Source: an uncultured Pelagibacteraceae bacterium
GTDB taxonomy: Bacteria; Pseudomonadota; Alphaproteobacteria; Pelagibacterales; Pelagibacteraceae
Reading direction: 5' to 3'
Assembly (NCBI GenBank): GCA_902584685.1
Contig: CACIAP010000003.1
Coordinates: forward strand, 18,311-82,310
DNA length: 64,000 nt
This document shows, one piece after another, positions 9,404 through 19,683 of the stretch. Under the pieces are notes generated by a model. That model was not told the DNA's origin. It was given only the letters and a program-made list of their open reading frames with translations, and did no database searches. Position 1 is the stretch's first letter; every line of letters starts with the position of its first letter. A program made the translations under genes and the position numbers.

Positions 9404-10941
9404 TGTTTTCTTCACTCATCAAAAACCTCTCTATTCTTAAAAAATTTTTATTCATCAATCTTTTAATTTTTATATTTATTGGTGCATTAACCATAATCTA
9501 CCTTAATTACGTTCAACCAAACTTAATTAAAAAAAAAACATCTCTCCAAATCGAAGTTATAAATAATACAATTAATAATCTTAATAGACTAAATATTGAA
9601 TTTGAAAAAAATGAGGTAAAAAAATTTTTATTGTCGACAAGATTTTTATTTCAAAATCTTGATAGGGTTGTTTTTTTTAATGAGTCATTCGAGATTTTAG
9701 CAGACACAGATACACTCGATCTTGACCCGAGATCCTTTTCATCAAGAATTGAAATAGTTGAATTTGATTTACAAAATAACCAAGATAAAGAAAAATCTAC
9801 AGATGAATTAATTAATTCAGAAAAAAAGAAAGAATTTGAAGAAACGCTTCAGGAATATTCAATATCTGATGATTATGGTAAGCCTGTTACTTTTACAAAA
9901 GAAACTTATAATAAATTTAAATTATCAACGATTAAAAATGTTTTGATTGATGATGAAAACGTTGGGTATATTCTGATATCTCAAAATGCCAATGATGTTA
10001 AAACAGCAATCAATGAAAGAAAAACATTTGTAATTCGTACTGCAATATTAATCGCAGTTGTAATCTTTATTTTTTCATTAGTGTTAAATAGATATTTTTT
10101 AAAACCAATTAAAAATCTTGTTAATTACACTGAAAATATAAAAGAAAAGAGTAAAAAGAAAATAGACATTAAAAGTTTAATAAAACGAAATGATGAACTG
10201 GGAACTTTGTCATTATCTCTAGATGAAATGACAAATGAATTACAAAAACGAGTAAATACAGCTGAAAACTTCTCCACAGATTTAGTTCATGAAATTAGAA
10301 ATCCTTTAGCTTCACTTAAAAGTGCATCTGAATTATTAGAAGTTACTAATAGCAACCCTGAAAGGGAAAAATTAACAAAAATTTTGACTCATGATGTAGA
10401 GAGAATTGAAAGATTAATAACTGATTATTCCCAGATGCTAAAAGATGAAGTCGCGATCACAAGGGAAAGTATGAAAATTTTAGACTTAAAAAAAATTGCT
10501 GACTCAGTTGTTGATGACTTTAATGCCATATACAATTCAAAACGGGGCATTAATGTAGATTTACAGTTTAAAAATTCTGGCGAAAAATTTAATATTAAAG
10601 GTATTGAAAATAGGATTGAACAAGTTTTAGCAAACCTTCTCGAAAATTCTATTTCATTTAGCAAAGATAATCAGAATATTGTAGTCAAACTCTCTCAGAA
10701 AAAAGATGGAAAAATTTCTCTTAGTGTAATTGATGAAGGAATTGGGTTTAAAGAAAAAAATACGGATAAGATTTTTAAAAGATTTTATAGCAACAGACCG
10801 GATAAATTTGGTGAACACTCTGGATTAGGATTGAATATTGTTAAGAATCTAGTTGATCTTCATGGAGGTCAAGTAATCGCATCTAATAATGTTAATAAAA
10901 AGGGAGCAAAAGTAGAAATTATTTTTCCAAAATTAAATTGA
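9403..10941 (+). CDS. chvG: Sensor histidine kinase ChvG
   Basis: Two TM segments, HAMP domain, H-box HEIRNPLASL, NLLENSISFS, DEGIG and HSGLGL; coupled to chvI. Confidence 0.88.
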   Translation: MFSSLIKNLSILKKFLFINLLIFIFIGALTIIYLNYVQPNLIKKKTSLQIEVINNTINNLNRLNIEFEKNEVKKFLLSTRFLFQNLDRVVFFNESFEILADTDTLDLDPRSFSSRIEIVEFDLQNNQDKEKSTDELINSEKKKEFEETLQEYSISDDYGKPVTFTKETYNKFKLSTIKNVLIDDENVGYILISQNANDVKTAINERKTFVIRTAILIAVVIFIFSLVLNRYFLKPIKNLVNYTENIKEKSKKKIDIKSLIKRNDELGTLSLSLDEMTNELQKRVNTAENFSTDLVHEIRNPLASLKSASELLEVTNSNPEREKLTKILTHDVERIERLITDYSQMLKDEVAITRESMKILDLKKIADSVVDDFNAIYNSKRGINVDLQFKNSGEKFNIKGIENRIEQVLANLLENSISFSKDNQNIVVKLSQKKDGKISLSVIDEGIGFKEKNTDKIFKRFYSNRPDKFGEHSGLGLNIVKNLVDLHGGQVIASNNVNKKGAKVEIIFPKLN

Positions 10942-10983
10942 TATATTGAATAAATTATCCTTTAATGTAAAAGATTTGCAAAA

Positions 10984-12270
10984 ATGAGTGATTATAAAGT
11001 AAAAGATATAAACCTAGCTGAGTTCGGTAGAAAAGAAATCTCTCTTGCGGAGACTGAAATGCCTGGACTTATGGCATTAAGAAAAGAATACAAAGGAAAG
11101 TCTCCTTTAAAAGGAGCTAGAATTTTAGGTTGTCTGCACATGACAATTCAAACCGCTGTGCTTATTGAGACATTGGTAGCTCTTGGTGCAGAGTGTAGAT
11201 GGTCATCATGCAATATTTTTTCAACACAAGATCATGCGGCGGCAGCGATAGCAAAAGCTGGAATACCTGTTTTTGCTTGGAAAGGTGAAACAGAGGAAGA
11301 GTATTGGTGGTGCGTAAAACAAACAATCGAAGGTAAAAAAGATTGGAAGCCAAACATGATTTTAGATGATGGTGGTGATTTAACAGCACTAATGCATAAA
11401 GATTATAAACATTTAATGAAAGATGTTAAAGGTCTGTCAGAGGAGACAACAACAGGTGTTTTAGCATTAAAAAAGATGGAGAGCGAAGGGACATTATTAG
11501 TGCCGGCCATAAATGTTAATGACTCAGTGACAAAATCAAAATTTGATAATTTATATGGGTGTAGGGAAAGTTTAGTCGACGGAATTAAAAGAGCTACAGA
11601 TGTGATGATGTCAGGTAAAGTGGCAATTGTTGCAGGATTTGGTGATGTGGGCAAAGGTAGTGCAGCATCATTGAGGCAATCTGGAGCAAGAGTTATGATC
11701 ACTGAAACTGATCCAATATGCGCCTTACAAGCAGCGATGGAAGGTTATGAAGTAGTCTTAATGGATGAAATGATTAAAGAGGCAGACATAGTGGTAACCG
11801 CGACTGGCAATAAAGATATTATAACAGCAGATCACATGAGAGATATGAAGGATAGAGCGATACTATGTAACATTGGACACTTTGATAATGAAATTCAGGT
11901 TGAAGCACTAAAAAATTATAAATGGGATGAAATTAAACCACAAGTGCACGAAATAGAATTACCAAGCAAAAAAAGGATTATTCTTTTAGCTGAAGGCAGA
12001 CTTGTTAATCTTGGATGTGCAACAGGTCACCCAAGTTTTGTAATGAGTGCATCTTTTACAAATCAAGTAACTGCTCAAATAGAACTTTGGAATAATTCTT
12101 CTAAATATGAAAAAAAGGTTTATGTTTTACCAAAACATCTTGATGAAAAAGTAGCTATGTTACACTTAGATAAAGTGGGCGCAAAGTTAACTAAACTGTC
12201 AAAAGAACAGGCTGATTACATAAGCGTAAAACAAGAAGGACCATATAAGCCAGATGCTTACCGCTACTAA
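10984..12270 (+). CDS. ahcY: Adenosylhomocysteinase
   Basis: [54 protein letters not shown]. Confidence 0.98.
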   Translation: MSDYKVKDINLAEFGRKEISLAETEMPGLMALRKEYKGKSPLKGARILGCLHMTIQTAVLIETLVALGAECRWSSCNIFSTQDHAAAAIAKAGIPVFAWKGETEEEYWWCVKQTIEGKKDWKPNMILDDGGDLTALMHKDYKHLMKDVKGLSEETTTGVLALKKMESEGTLLVPAINVNDSVTKSKFDNLYGCRESLVDGIKRATDVMMSGKVAIVAGFGDVGKGSAASLRQSGARVMITETDPICALQAAMEGYEVVLMDEMIKEADIVVTATGNKDIITADHMRDMKDRAILCNIGHFDNEIQVEALKNYKWDEIKPQVHEIELPSKKRIILLAEGRLVNLGCATGHPSFVMSASFTNQVTAQIELWNNSSKYEKKVYVLPKHLDEKVAMLHLDKVGAKLTKLSKEQADYISVKQEGPYKPDAYRY

Positions 12271-12715
12271 TCGTAGCAACATTAAAATTTCTAGAGAAAT
12301 TGAGTTAAAAAGATTTTCTGAGAAAACTTCTAAATTTATTAAAAAATTTAAAACAATTTTTTTATACGGTGAACTTGGAGTCGGTAAAACTACATTTGTT
12401 AAATATTTAATCAACAATTTACAAAAAAGGGAAAAAACCAAGATTACAGAAATACCTAGCCCAACATTTAATATAGTTTATGAGTATCGTATCAAAAAAA
12501 AAAGAATACAGCATTTTGACTTGTATAGATTAAAAAAAAAGAAAGAATGTCTAAATATAGGTCTTTTCGAGGATGACGATGTGATTTCAATTATTGAATG
12601 GCCAGAAAAAGTTCACTTTAAACCAAAAAAAAGGATAGAAATTTATTTCAAATATTTTGATAATTATAATTCGAGGCTATTAAAAATTAAATTTTTTGGA
12701 AAAAATGAAGCTTAA
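12254..12715 (+). CDS. tsaE: tRNA t6A biosynthesis ATPase TsaE
   Basis: [29 protein letters not shown]. Confidence 0.92.
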   Translation: MLTATNRSNIKISREIELKRFSEKTSKFIKKFKTIFLYGELGVGKTTFVKYLINNLQKREKTKITEIPSPTFNIVYEYRIKKKRIQHFDLYRLKKKKECLNIGLFEDDDVISIIEWPEKVHFKPKKRIEIYFKYFDNYNSRLLKIKFFGKNEA

Positions 12716-13634
12716 CAATAAAAAAGTAACTAAATTGGAAGGGGATGCTTCAGAACGAGAATTTTATAGATCAAAAAATTCCATAATAATCTTTTCCAAA
12801 AAAAATAAAAAAAAAAATTTATTAATCTATGATGCAATAAATAAGATACTAAATTCAGGGGGTATTAATGCTCCTAGATTATTAAAATACAATTACAAAA
12901 AAAATTTAATTGAAGTGAACGATTTGGGAGACCTTACATTACTCAAACTTCTCAAAAATAGAAAAAACAAAAAAAAAATTTTTATGAAAGTATTAGATTT
13001 ATTATTTAAAGTTCAAAAAATAAAAAAATTTTATAATAAAGATTTTACAGGTAGAAAATATAAAATGGTAAGATATTCAAAAGATAAACTTTTAAAAGAG
13101 GCTTATTTATTTAACGAATGGTATCTCCCTCGAAAACTTAGTAAGAAAAAATTAAATCAATTTAAAAAAAAATTTAAGAACATTTTTTTAAAATTATCAA
13201 AGGCGATTAAATTACCCGATAATGTTTTTGTGCATAGAGACTTTCATGTTTCAAATATAATGCTTAAACAAAAAAAATTTCATTTAATAGATAGTCAAGA
13301 TGCAGTCATTGGAAATCCGGCTTATGATCTTGCTTCATTAATTGATGATGTGAGACTTAAAACATCAAATAGTTTAAAAGAAGAAATGTTTAATCATTTT
13401 ACAAAAAAATACTTAAATAGAGATCTTAAAAAATTTAAAAATGACTTCTTAATTTTATCAGTATTAAGAAATTTTAAGATTCTTGGGATTTTTTCGAGAC
13501 TTGCAAAAAGAGATGATAAAAACAAATATCTTAAATACATTCCTTATACATGGAGTCTTATTAAATTAAGAACTAAAAATGGAAAAGTATTTGATGAGTT
13601 AAGGTTTATTTTAAATAATAATAAATTTATATAA
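12705..13634 (+). CDS. amgK: AmgK-like N-acetylmuramate/GlcNAc kinase (APH family)
   Basis: GDASEREFYR, HRDFHVSNIM, IDSQDA, YDLASL, LGIFSRL; lies between tsaE and a MurU-like gene. Confidence 0.75.
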   Translation: MKLNNKKVTKLEGDASEREFYRSKNSIIIFSKKNKKKNLLIYDAINKILNSGGINAPRLLKYNYKKNLIEVNDLGDLTLLKLLKNRKNKKKIFMKVLDLLFKVQKIKKFYNKDFTGRKYKMVRYSKDKLLKEAYLFNEWYLPRKLSKKKLNQFKKKFKNIFLKLSKAIKLPDNVFVHRDFHVSNIMLKQKKFHLIDSQDAVIGNPAYDLASLIDDVRLKTSNSLKEEMFNHFTKKYLNRDLKKFKNDFLILSVLRNFKILGIFSRLAKRDDKNKYLKYIPYTWSLIKLRTKNGKVFDELRFILNNNKFI

Positions 13635-13645
13635 AATTTAATTGT

Positions 13646-14341
13646 ATGAAAAAAATTGAGGTTGCAGTGATATTAGGTGCCGGTTTTGGAAAAAGATTAA
13701 CTCCAATTACAAACGAAATTCCAAAACCTCTTGTTGAAATTGGAAATGAAACAATACTAGAAAAGACTATTAAACTTGTAAAAAAATTAAATCTCAAAAA
13801 AATTTTAATAAACACCCATTACAAAAGAGATCAGCTTAAAAATTTTATTGAAAAAAAAAACTTTGATATTGATATAGAATTATTTGAGGAAGTCCCTGAA
13901 ATTCTCAATACTGGTGGAGGCATTTTAAATATGATCATGGAAAACAAAAATGAATATTTTTTAACTTTTAATCCAGATACTTTATGGAACGAAAATTACA
14001 TTGATGAAATCTTAGAAATGGAAAATCAGTTTTTTAGCTCAAATTCAAAAAATATTTTATTAGTGGTAAATAAGGATAAAAGCTTCGATCAAAATTTGAT
14101 AGGAGACTTTAATCTTGAAGCGGACAAGCTAAACAAAACTAAGCCCTTAAATTTTATTTACACAGGATGTCAGATGCTACAAAAGAAAATATTTAAAAAA
14201 TTTAGTAATAAATCTTTCCCAATGTCGAAGGTGTGGAATGATTTATTATCAAGAAATGAATTGATGGGTTTTGAAAGTAAAGTGAACTTTAAACATGTCA
14301 CTAATTATGATATTTATAATAAACTTCTAAAAAGCAACTAA
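13646..14341 (+). CDS. murU: MurU-like nucleotidyltransferase
   Basis: ILGAGFGKRLTPIT..PKPL, INTHY, TGGG; follows amgK. Confidence 0.72.
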   Translation: MKKIEVAVILGAGFGKRLTPITNEIPKPLVEIGNETILEKTIKLVKKLNLKKILINTHYKRDQLKNFIEKKNFDIDIELFEEVPEILNTGGGILNMIMENKNEYFLTFNPDTLWNENYIDEILEMENQFFSSNSKNILLVVNKDKSFDQNLIGDFNLEADKLNKTKPLNFIYTGCQMLQKKIFKKFSNKSFPMSKVWNDLLSRNELMGFESKVNFKHVTNYDIYNKLLKSN

Positions 14342-15046
14342 ATTTTTGGCTCTTCCTTGATCAAGATATGTCACAGATGAAATTTGAAGTTTGTCCTCAA
14401 AAATTATTAAAAGAGGATTTCCGGTTGGTATTTCCATTTTAGAAATTTCCCTCTCATCGATTTTAAAAAGATACTTACATAGAGCTCTTAAAGAATTTCC
14501 ATGGGCTGAGATGCACACACCTTTACCATTTTGAAGATCTTTTAAGATTAATTCATTATAACAATCCACTACCCTTTTATGGGTATCTTTTAAAGACTCA
14601 GTATCTGGAATATCAGACACTGGAATATCCTTATAAGTTTCTATATTGAGCGGATGGTAGGGGCTTTTCCTATCTAAAGCCCCAGGTTTGACATCCCATG
14701 ATCTTCTAAATTGATGGATTCTCTCTTCTCCATATTTTTTCTTCATATCTTCTTTATTTAAACCTGTAAGCTCTCCATAATGTCTTTCATTTAATTGCCA
14801 TTTTTTAGTAATTAAGTTTTCATCTTCATTTAATTCTTTCATTACAATTTTAAGAGTATCATTTGCCCTTTTTTGGTAGGAGCTATAAAAAGAATCAAGT
14901 TTAATTTTTTTCTCTTTTATTAATTCACCAGCTTTTTTAGCCTCAGCTCTACCTTTATCTGTTAATCCGACATCGACCCAACCAGTAAATCTTTTTTGTT
15001 GGTTCCACTCACTTTGTCCATGCCTTATAAGAATAAGATTTTTCAT
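14327..15046 (-). CDS. gpmA: 2,3-BPG-dependent phosphoglycerate mutase
   Basis: LIRHGQSEWN..RFTGWVD, LNERHYG, AHGNSLRAL, EIPTG. Confidence 0.95.
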   Translation of the reverse strand: MKNLILIRHGQSEWNQQKRFTGWVDVGLTDKGRAEAKKAGELIKEKKIKLDSFYSSYQKRANDTLKIVMKELNEDENLITKKWQLNERHYGELTGLNKEDMKKKYGEERIHQFRRSWDVKPGALDRKSPYHPLNIETYKDIPVSDIPDTESLKDTHKRVVDCYNELILKDLQNGKGVCISAHGNSLRALCKYLFKIDEREISKMEIPTGNPLLIIFEDKLQISSVTYLDQGRAKNLVAF

Positions 15047-15091
15047 TGAAATATTTGATATATTAATTAATAAATAAAATAAATAAAATTA

Positions 15092-15484
15092 ATGAAAATT
15101 TTTACAAATAATCTTCAATTAATTTTTAAATTATCCAATATATGTTTAATAATTTTATATTTATATCCAGGAAGTATATTAGGTTTTTTTTTATACAATG
15201 ATTTTAGTAATCAACCTCAAATCACCAGAGATTTTTTTCAAATATCATCAAATCACATTTACGCTTTTTCTCTGATTTCAATTCTTGGTCTCTTCGCCTT
15301 TAAAACAAAAAAAAGATTATTTGTATATTTGGTTTGTTTATCCATAGTCCTTGAACTTTTCCATTTGGTCATACCAAATCGCAGCTTTCAAGCAGGTGAT
15401 CTAAATGGTAACTTACTGGGTGTAATAATACCTTTTTTGATTTATAAAGTTTATGAAATTCTATTTAAAACCAAAAAACAATAA
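15092..15484 (+). CDS. VanZ-like small membrane protein
   Basis: About four TM segments; NHIYAF and ELFHLVIPNRSFQAGDLNGNLLG resemble the VanZ E..Q..P.R....D...N..G pattern. Confidence 0.65.
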   Translation: MKIFTNNLQLIFKLSNICLIILYLYPGSILGFFLYNDFSNQPQITRDFFQISSNHIYAFSLISILGLFAFKTKKRLFVYLVCLSIVLELFHLVIPNRSFQAGDLNGNLLGVIIPFLIYKVYEILFKTKKQ

Positions 15485-15977
15485 AATTATATATTTAATT
15501 TTATTAATAATTTTTTTTTCCAAAACCAATTCTTATTCAGATGAAATAACAGGATATGCAAAAGTAATAGATGGTGACACAATTAGAATAAAGGGAAATA
15601 AAATTAGACTTTATGGTATCGATGCACCTGAAAACAATCAAATATGCTCCAAGCCTTGGTTGAGCCTGAACGTAATCACATTTAATAAAGATTATGAGTG
15701 TGGACTTAAAACTACTAGTTTATTAAAAAAGTTTGTTAAAAACGAAATAATAGTATGTGAAAAGAAATCCATGGATAGATATAATAGAGTTGTTGCTATT
15801 TGCTTTAAGAAAAGACGGGATATCAATTCTTGGCTTGTTGGGAACGGTTTAGCTGTCGCTTACACTAAATATTCAAAAAAATATATTATAAATGAAAATG
15901 ATGCAAAAAAAGAAAAAAAAGGTTTATGGGCAGGAAATTTTGAAATGCCTTGGGAATGGAGAAAAAAACGTAAATAA
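15453..15977 (+). CDS. Thermonuclease (SNase) family protein with N-terminal signal/anchor
   Basis: VIDGDTI, IRLYGIDAPE, DRYNR, GLA, AKKEKKGLW, PWEWR. Confidence 0.9.
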   Translation: MKFYLKPKNNKIIYLILLIIFFSKTNSYSDEITGYAKVIDGDTIRIKGNKIRLYGIDAPENNQICSKPWLSLNVITFNKDYECGLKTTSLLKKFVKNEIIVCEKKSMDRYNRVVAICFKKRRDINSWLVGNGLAVAYTKYSKKYIINENDAKKEKKGLWAGNFEMPWEWRKKRK

Positions 15978-15991
15978 ATTATAAATAAAGG

Positions 15992-16591
15992 GTGATTCGT
16001 TTTAAATTTTTTTTATTTTTATCAATTTTTTTATTTTTGCTGAGCTGTTCATCTATTCCAAAAAATACCTCAAGTAGTTGCTCAATATTTTCTGAAAGAT
16101 ACTTTTGGTATAAACATGCAAAAAAGACTGAAGAAAAATGGGGAACACCTATGGACATACAACTTGCATTTATTAAATTTGAGTCAGATTTTCATTGGTT
16201 TGCAAAACCTAAACGACAAAAACTTTTTAAAATAATTCCTTTTAAAAGACCCTCAAGTTCATTTGGATATTCTCAGGCTGTAAAGGGAACATGGAAACAA
16301 TATAAGGATGAACAGAATAAACCATTAGCTCTTAGAACAAGATTTAAGGATAGTGTTGATTTTATTGGCTGGTATACAAATAAATCATCAAAACTTTTAA
16401 AAATTCCTAAAAACGATGCATTCAAACAATATATTGCATATCACGAAGGATGGGGAAATTATAAAAATTATAAAAAAAATGAAAAGGTAATTTCTTATGC
16501 AAAAAAAGTAAAAAAGTATTCAGATCAATATAAAACTCAGCTTATAAAATGTAAAAAAAAGCTTAATAGGAAAAAATTTATTGTTTATTGA
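15992..16591 (+). CDS. SLT-domain lytic transglycosylase-like lipoprotein
   Basis: Lipobox LLSC, catalytic-Glu motif FIKFESDF, SSFGYSQA, YIAYHEGWG. Confidence 0.75.
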   Translation: MIRFKFFLFLSIFLFLLSCSSIPKNTSSSCSIFSERYFWYKHAKKTEEKWGTPMDIQLAFIKFESDFHWFAKPKRQKLFKIIPFKRPSSSFGYSQAVKGTWKQYKDEQNKPLALRTRFKDSVDFIGWYTNKSSKLLKIPKNDAFKQYIAYHEGWGNYKNYKKNEKVISYAKKVKKYSDQYKTQLIKCKKKLNRKKFIVY

Positions 16592-19500
16592 TTAAGTTCT
16601 TTTTCTAACTCTTTTTCAATATGATTTATACTTTTTGTATTCTTTCCTAATAATAAATAAATTATTGGAACTACATAAAGTGTAAAAAAGGTCGAAAATA
16701 TCATTCCAGCAAATATAGTGATACCAACAGATAATCTACTCGCCTCACCTGGACCACTACTTATTACCAATGGTAGAACTCCAATAATGGTAGATATAGA
16801 AGTCATTAAGATTGGTCTTAATCTTAGTGCCGATGATTCCAAAATCGCGGTTAATTGATTTTTCCCCTCATCTCTTAACTGATTTGCAAATTCAACAATC
16901 AATATTCCGTTTTTTGTTGCTAGTCCAATTAGTATTATTAAAGCTACCTGACTGTAAACATTAATTGAGCTGCCGACGAGCAGTAGACCTATAATTCCAC
17001 CAAATATTGCTAGCGGGACTGTCAGCATTATTGTGAAAGGATGGACAAAGCTTTCAAATTGAGCCGCCATCACAAGATATGCTGTAACTAAAGCTAAAAA
17101 GAATATTACATAAATCTGAAAACTTATTTCTTTTAATTGCTCACTTTCCCCTTTGAAATCAATTCTTGCATTAGGTGTATTTTCTTGAACAACTTTTTCT
17201 AAAAAAGACAAGGCATTTTGAAGGGTATAATCTCCTACGATATTTGCAGAAATAGTAACTGCTTTTTGTCTATTGTACCTTGATAGAAATGGAGCAGTTC
17301 CTCTTTCATTGATTGTTACTAAATTTGATAAAGCAATTAATTGACCAGAGTTTTTTGATCTAACATAAACTTTATTTAAACTTGAGGGTTCATTTCTATT
17401 TTTAATATCTCCCTGCAGAATAATTGAATACTCTTTACCATCCTTTGTAAATTTTGTGACACTTCTGGAGCCAAAAATAGTTTCGATTGTTCGACCTATT
17501 TCTGAAGTAGATACGCCAAGATCTGATGCTTTCTTTTGATCGATCTTTACATTTATAATTGGTTTATTTAATTCAAAATCGTCTTCGATATTAGCTAAAT
17601 TATTATTTTTTCTGGCCTCTTTTTTTATAGTCTCTTTCCATTGGATTAATTCTTCGTAGGTATTACCCAATATTACAAATTGGACTGGTTTCTCTACACC
17701 GCCGGTTCTTATTCCCTGGGGCATAACAGGAAATGATAAAACACCTGGAACTTTTGAAATTTCTCTAAAAGACTCCATCATTATTCTGTTACCTTTTCTG
17801 TTCCTTTTTTTCCAATCCTCCAACAATACAATTATAAAAGCCGAGTTGACTTGTTTGCTACTTTTTCCGAAACCCGGCACCCTTAAAATTAGTCTTCTAT
17901 ACTCACCTTGTCCCACTTTTGGTAATAACAATTTTTCAATATCCTGAGTTTTTGAAGAGGTAAACTCAAACCCTGAGCTTTGAGGTGCCTTTACTATTAC
18001 AAAGAAAGCACCTCTATCTTCTTTTGGTATAAGTTGTTTTGGAATGTAAATAAATAAACCAATACTCAATATTAAAATTGATATTAAAAAAGTGACTATA
18101 CTTTTTTTCTTTAATATCCAATATTTTAAAGTGTAAATATAAAATTCTTTAAAATCATTTAACTTTTTTTCAAATTTAAGAGTTAATTTATTTCTTTTTG
18201 ATTTTGTGTCTAAAACTTTGCTAGCAATCATCGGGCTTAAGGATAATGCCACAAAACTTGATATTATCACCGCGAAACTTAAAGTAACAGCCGTTTCAGC
18301 ATACAACACTCCAGCTAAGCCCTCTATAAAAATTAAAGGTATGAATACAGCAACAAGAACTAAAGTGGTTGCTATAATTGCAAAAGATACTTGTCGCGAT
18401 CCTTTATATGCAGCAACTAATGAACTCTCACCTTTCTCAACTCTTCGGTATATGTTCTCCAACATTACAATTGCATCGTCCACCACGATTCCTATTGCAA
18501 GAACCAATGCCATAAGAGTGAAAAGGTTTATTGAAAAATCAAAAAAATAAATTGCTAAAAAAGTTGATATTAAAGAGACTGGCAAAGCTACAATTGGTAC
18601 TACTAAAGCTCTGATGTTACCCAAAAAAAGATAAATAATGAGCGTGACTAAAATTAGTGCCACAAATAATGTTTTGTAAACCTCTTTAATTGCATTTGAG
18701 ACATAATTTGATCTATCAAAAGAAACCTCTAATGCAGATCCATCAGGTATAGAACTTTGTATTTCTTTAATCTTCTTTTTTACTTTTGTAGCTACCGCGA
18801 TTGTGTTTGCATCTGAGTTTTGATAAATACCAATACCTACAACCTTTTTTCCATTTCCTTTAAATAGAGTTCTTGTAGAGACTGGACCAAATTCAATTCT
18901 AGAAACGTCTTCCAAAGTTGTTACAGAACCATCAATTGCCTTCTTCAAAGGTAGTTTTTTATAAGAGTCTAAATTTTCATATGCGTTTTCAAGTTTAATT
19001 GAAAGATCTACATCTTTTGACTCTATTCGACCTGCAGGAAATTCTAAGTTTTCTGAATTTAAAACTTGTTCAACATCTTGAGTTGTTAAATTTCTAGCAG
19101 CTAATGAAAGTGGGTCCAACCACACTCTTACAGACAGCTCCCTTTCACCACCTAATCTAACACGTCCAACTCCTTCTACGGTTGAGAAATAATCTACCAG
19201 GTATCGATCAGCAAAATCAGTAAGTTCTAAATCACTCATAAAATCTGAACTAAAACTTAGCCACATTGTTGTTCTAAAACCTGCTGATTGTTTAAAAATT
19301 TCTGGTGCGCTAGCCTCTTTTGGTAAATTATCCACTACTCTTGAGATTGCACTTCTCACATCGTTGGCAACATCGTCAATATCAAGATTATCTTTGAAGG
19401 TCATATCAATTCTTGATCTTTCATCTTCACTCATAGAGTCAATTGAAACGAGACCAGGAGTGCCTCCGATAAAATCTTCAATCTTTTGTGTTATCTGAGT

Positions 19501-19680
19501 ATCAATAACCTCAGCTGAAGCCCCTTTGTAATCAGTCTGAACTGATACTACTGGTCGATCAATATCTGGTAATTCATTAGTTGGTATTTCAAAAAAAACT
19601 AAAATACCAAACATAACCATGACTATACTCATCACCATTGAGACGACCGGGCGTTTGATTGATAAGTCTGTTAAGAACAT
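16585..19680 (-). CDS. RND efflux permease (AcrB/MexW/MdtB family)
   Basis: 1031 aa with IKRPV, AIGIVVDDAIVMLENI, GLATKNGILIVEFA and LRLRPILMTS; proton-relay residues intact. Confidence 0.95.
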   Translation of the reverse strand: MFLTDLSIKRPVVSMVMSIVMVMFGILVFFEIPTNELPDIDRPVVSVQTDYKGASAEVIDTQITQKIEDFIGGTPGLVSIDSMSEDERSRIDMTFKDNLDIDDVANDVRSAISRVVDNLPKEASAPEIFKQSAGFRTTMWLSFSSDFMSDLELTDFADRYLVDYFSTVEGVGRVRLGGERELSVRVWLDPLSLAARNLTTQDVEQVLNSENLEFPAGRIESKDVDLSIKLENAYENLDSYKKLPLKKAIDGSVTTLEDVSRIEFGPVSTRTLFKGNGKKVVGIGIYQNSDANTIAVATKVKKKIKEIQSSIPDGSALEVSFDRSNYVSNAIKEVYKTLFVALILVTLIIYLFLGNIRALVVPIVALPVSLISTFLAIYFFDFSINLFTLMALVLAIGIVVDDAIVMLENIYRRVEKGESSLVAAYKGSRQVSFAIIATTLVLVAVFIPLIFIEGLAGVLYAETAVTLSFAVIISSFVALSLSPMIASKVLDTKSKRNKLTLKFEKKLNDFKEFYIYTLKYWILKKKSIVTFLISILILSIGLFIYIPKQLIPKEDRGAFFVIVKAPQSSGFEFTSSKTQDIEKLLLPKVGQGEYRRLILRVPGFGKSSKQVNSAFIIVLLEDWKKRNRKGNRIMMESFREISKVPGVLSFPVMPQGIRTGGVEKPVQFVILGNTYEELIQWKETIKKEARKNNNLANIEDDFELNKPIINVKIDQKKASDLGVSTSEIGRTIETIFGSRSVTKFTKDGKEYSIILQGDIKNRNEPSSLNKVYVRSKNSGQLIALSNLVTINERGTAPFLSRYNRQKAVTISANIVGDYTLQNALSFLEKVVQENTPNARIDFKGESEQLKEISFQIYVIFFLALVTAYLVMAAQFESFVHPFTIMLTVPLAIFGGIIGLLLVGSSINVYSQVALIILIGLATKNGILIVEFANQLRDEGKNQLTAILESSALRLRPILMTSISTIIGVLPLVISSGPGEASRLSVGITIFAGMIFSTFFTLYVVPIIYLLLGKNTKSINHIEKELEKELNQ

Positions 19681-19683
19681 CTT

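Noticed and set aside
10942-10983. SAH or SAM riboswitch upstream of ahcY
   Set aside because: The gap is only 42 nt, AT-rich, and shows no recognisable aptamer.
12254-13634. Extreme Lys-richness of TsaE and AmgK (also RibF, Pgi, LpxK, WaaA) as a sign of foreign origin or decay
   Set aside because: Catalytic motifs and conserved gene order are intact; this is best explained by AT mutational bias in weakly expressed genes.
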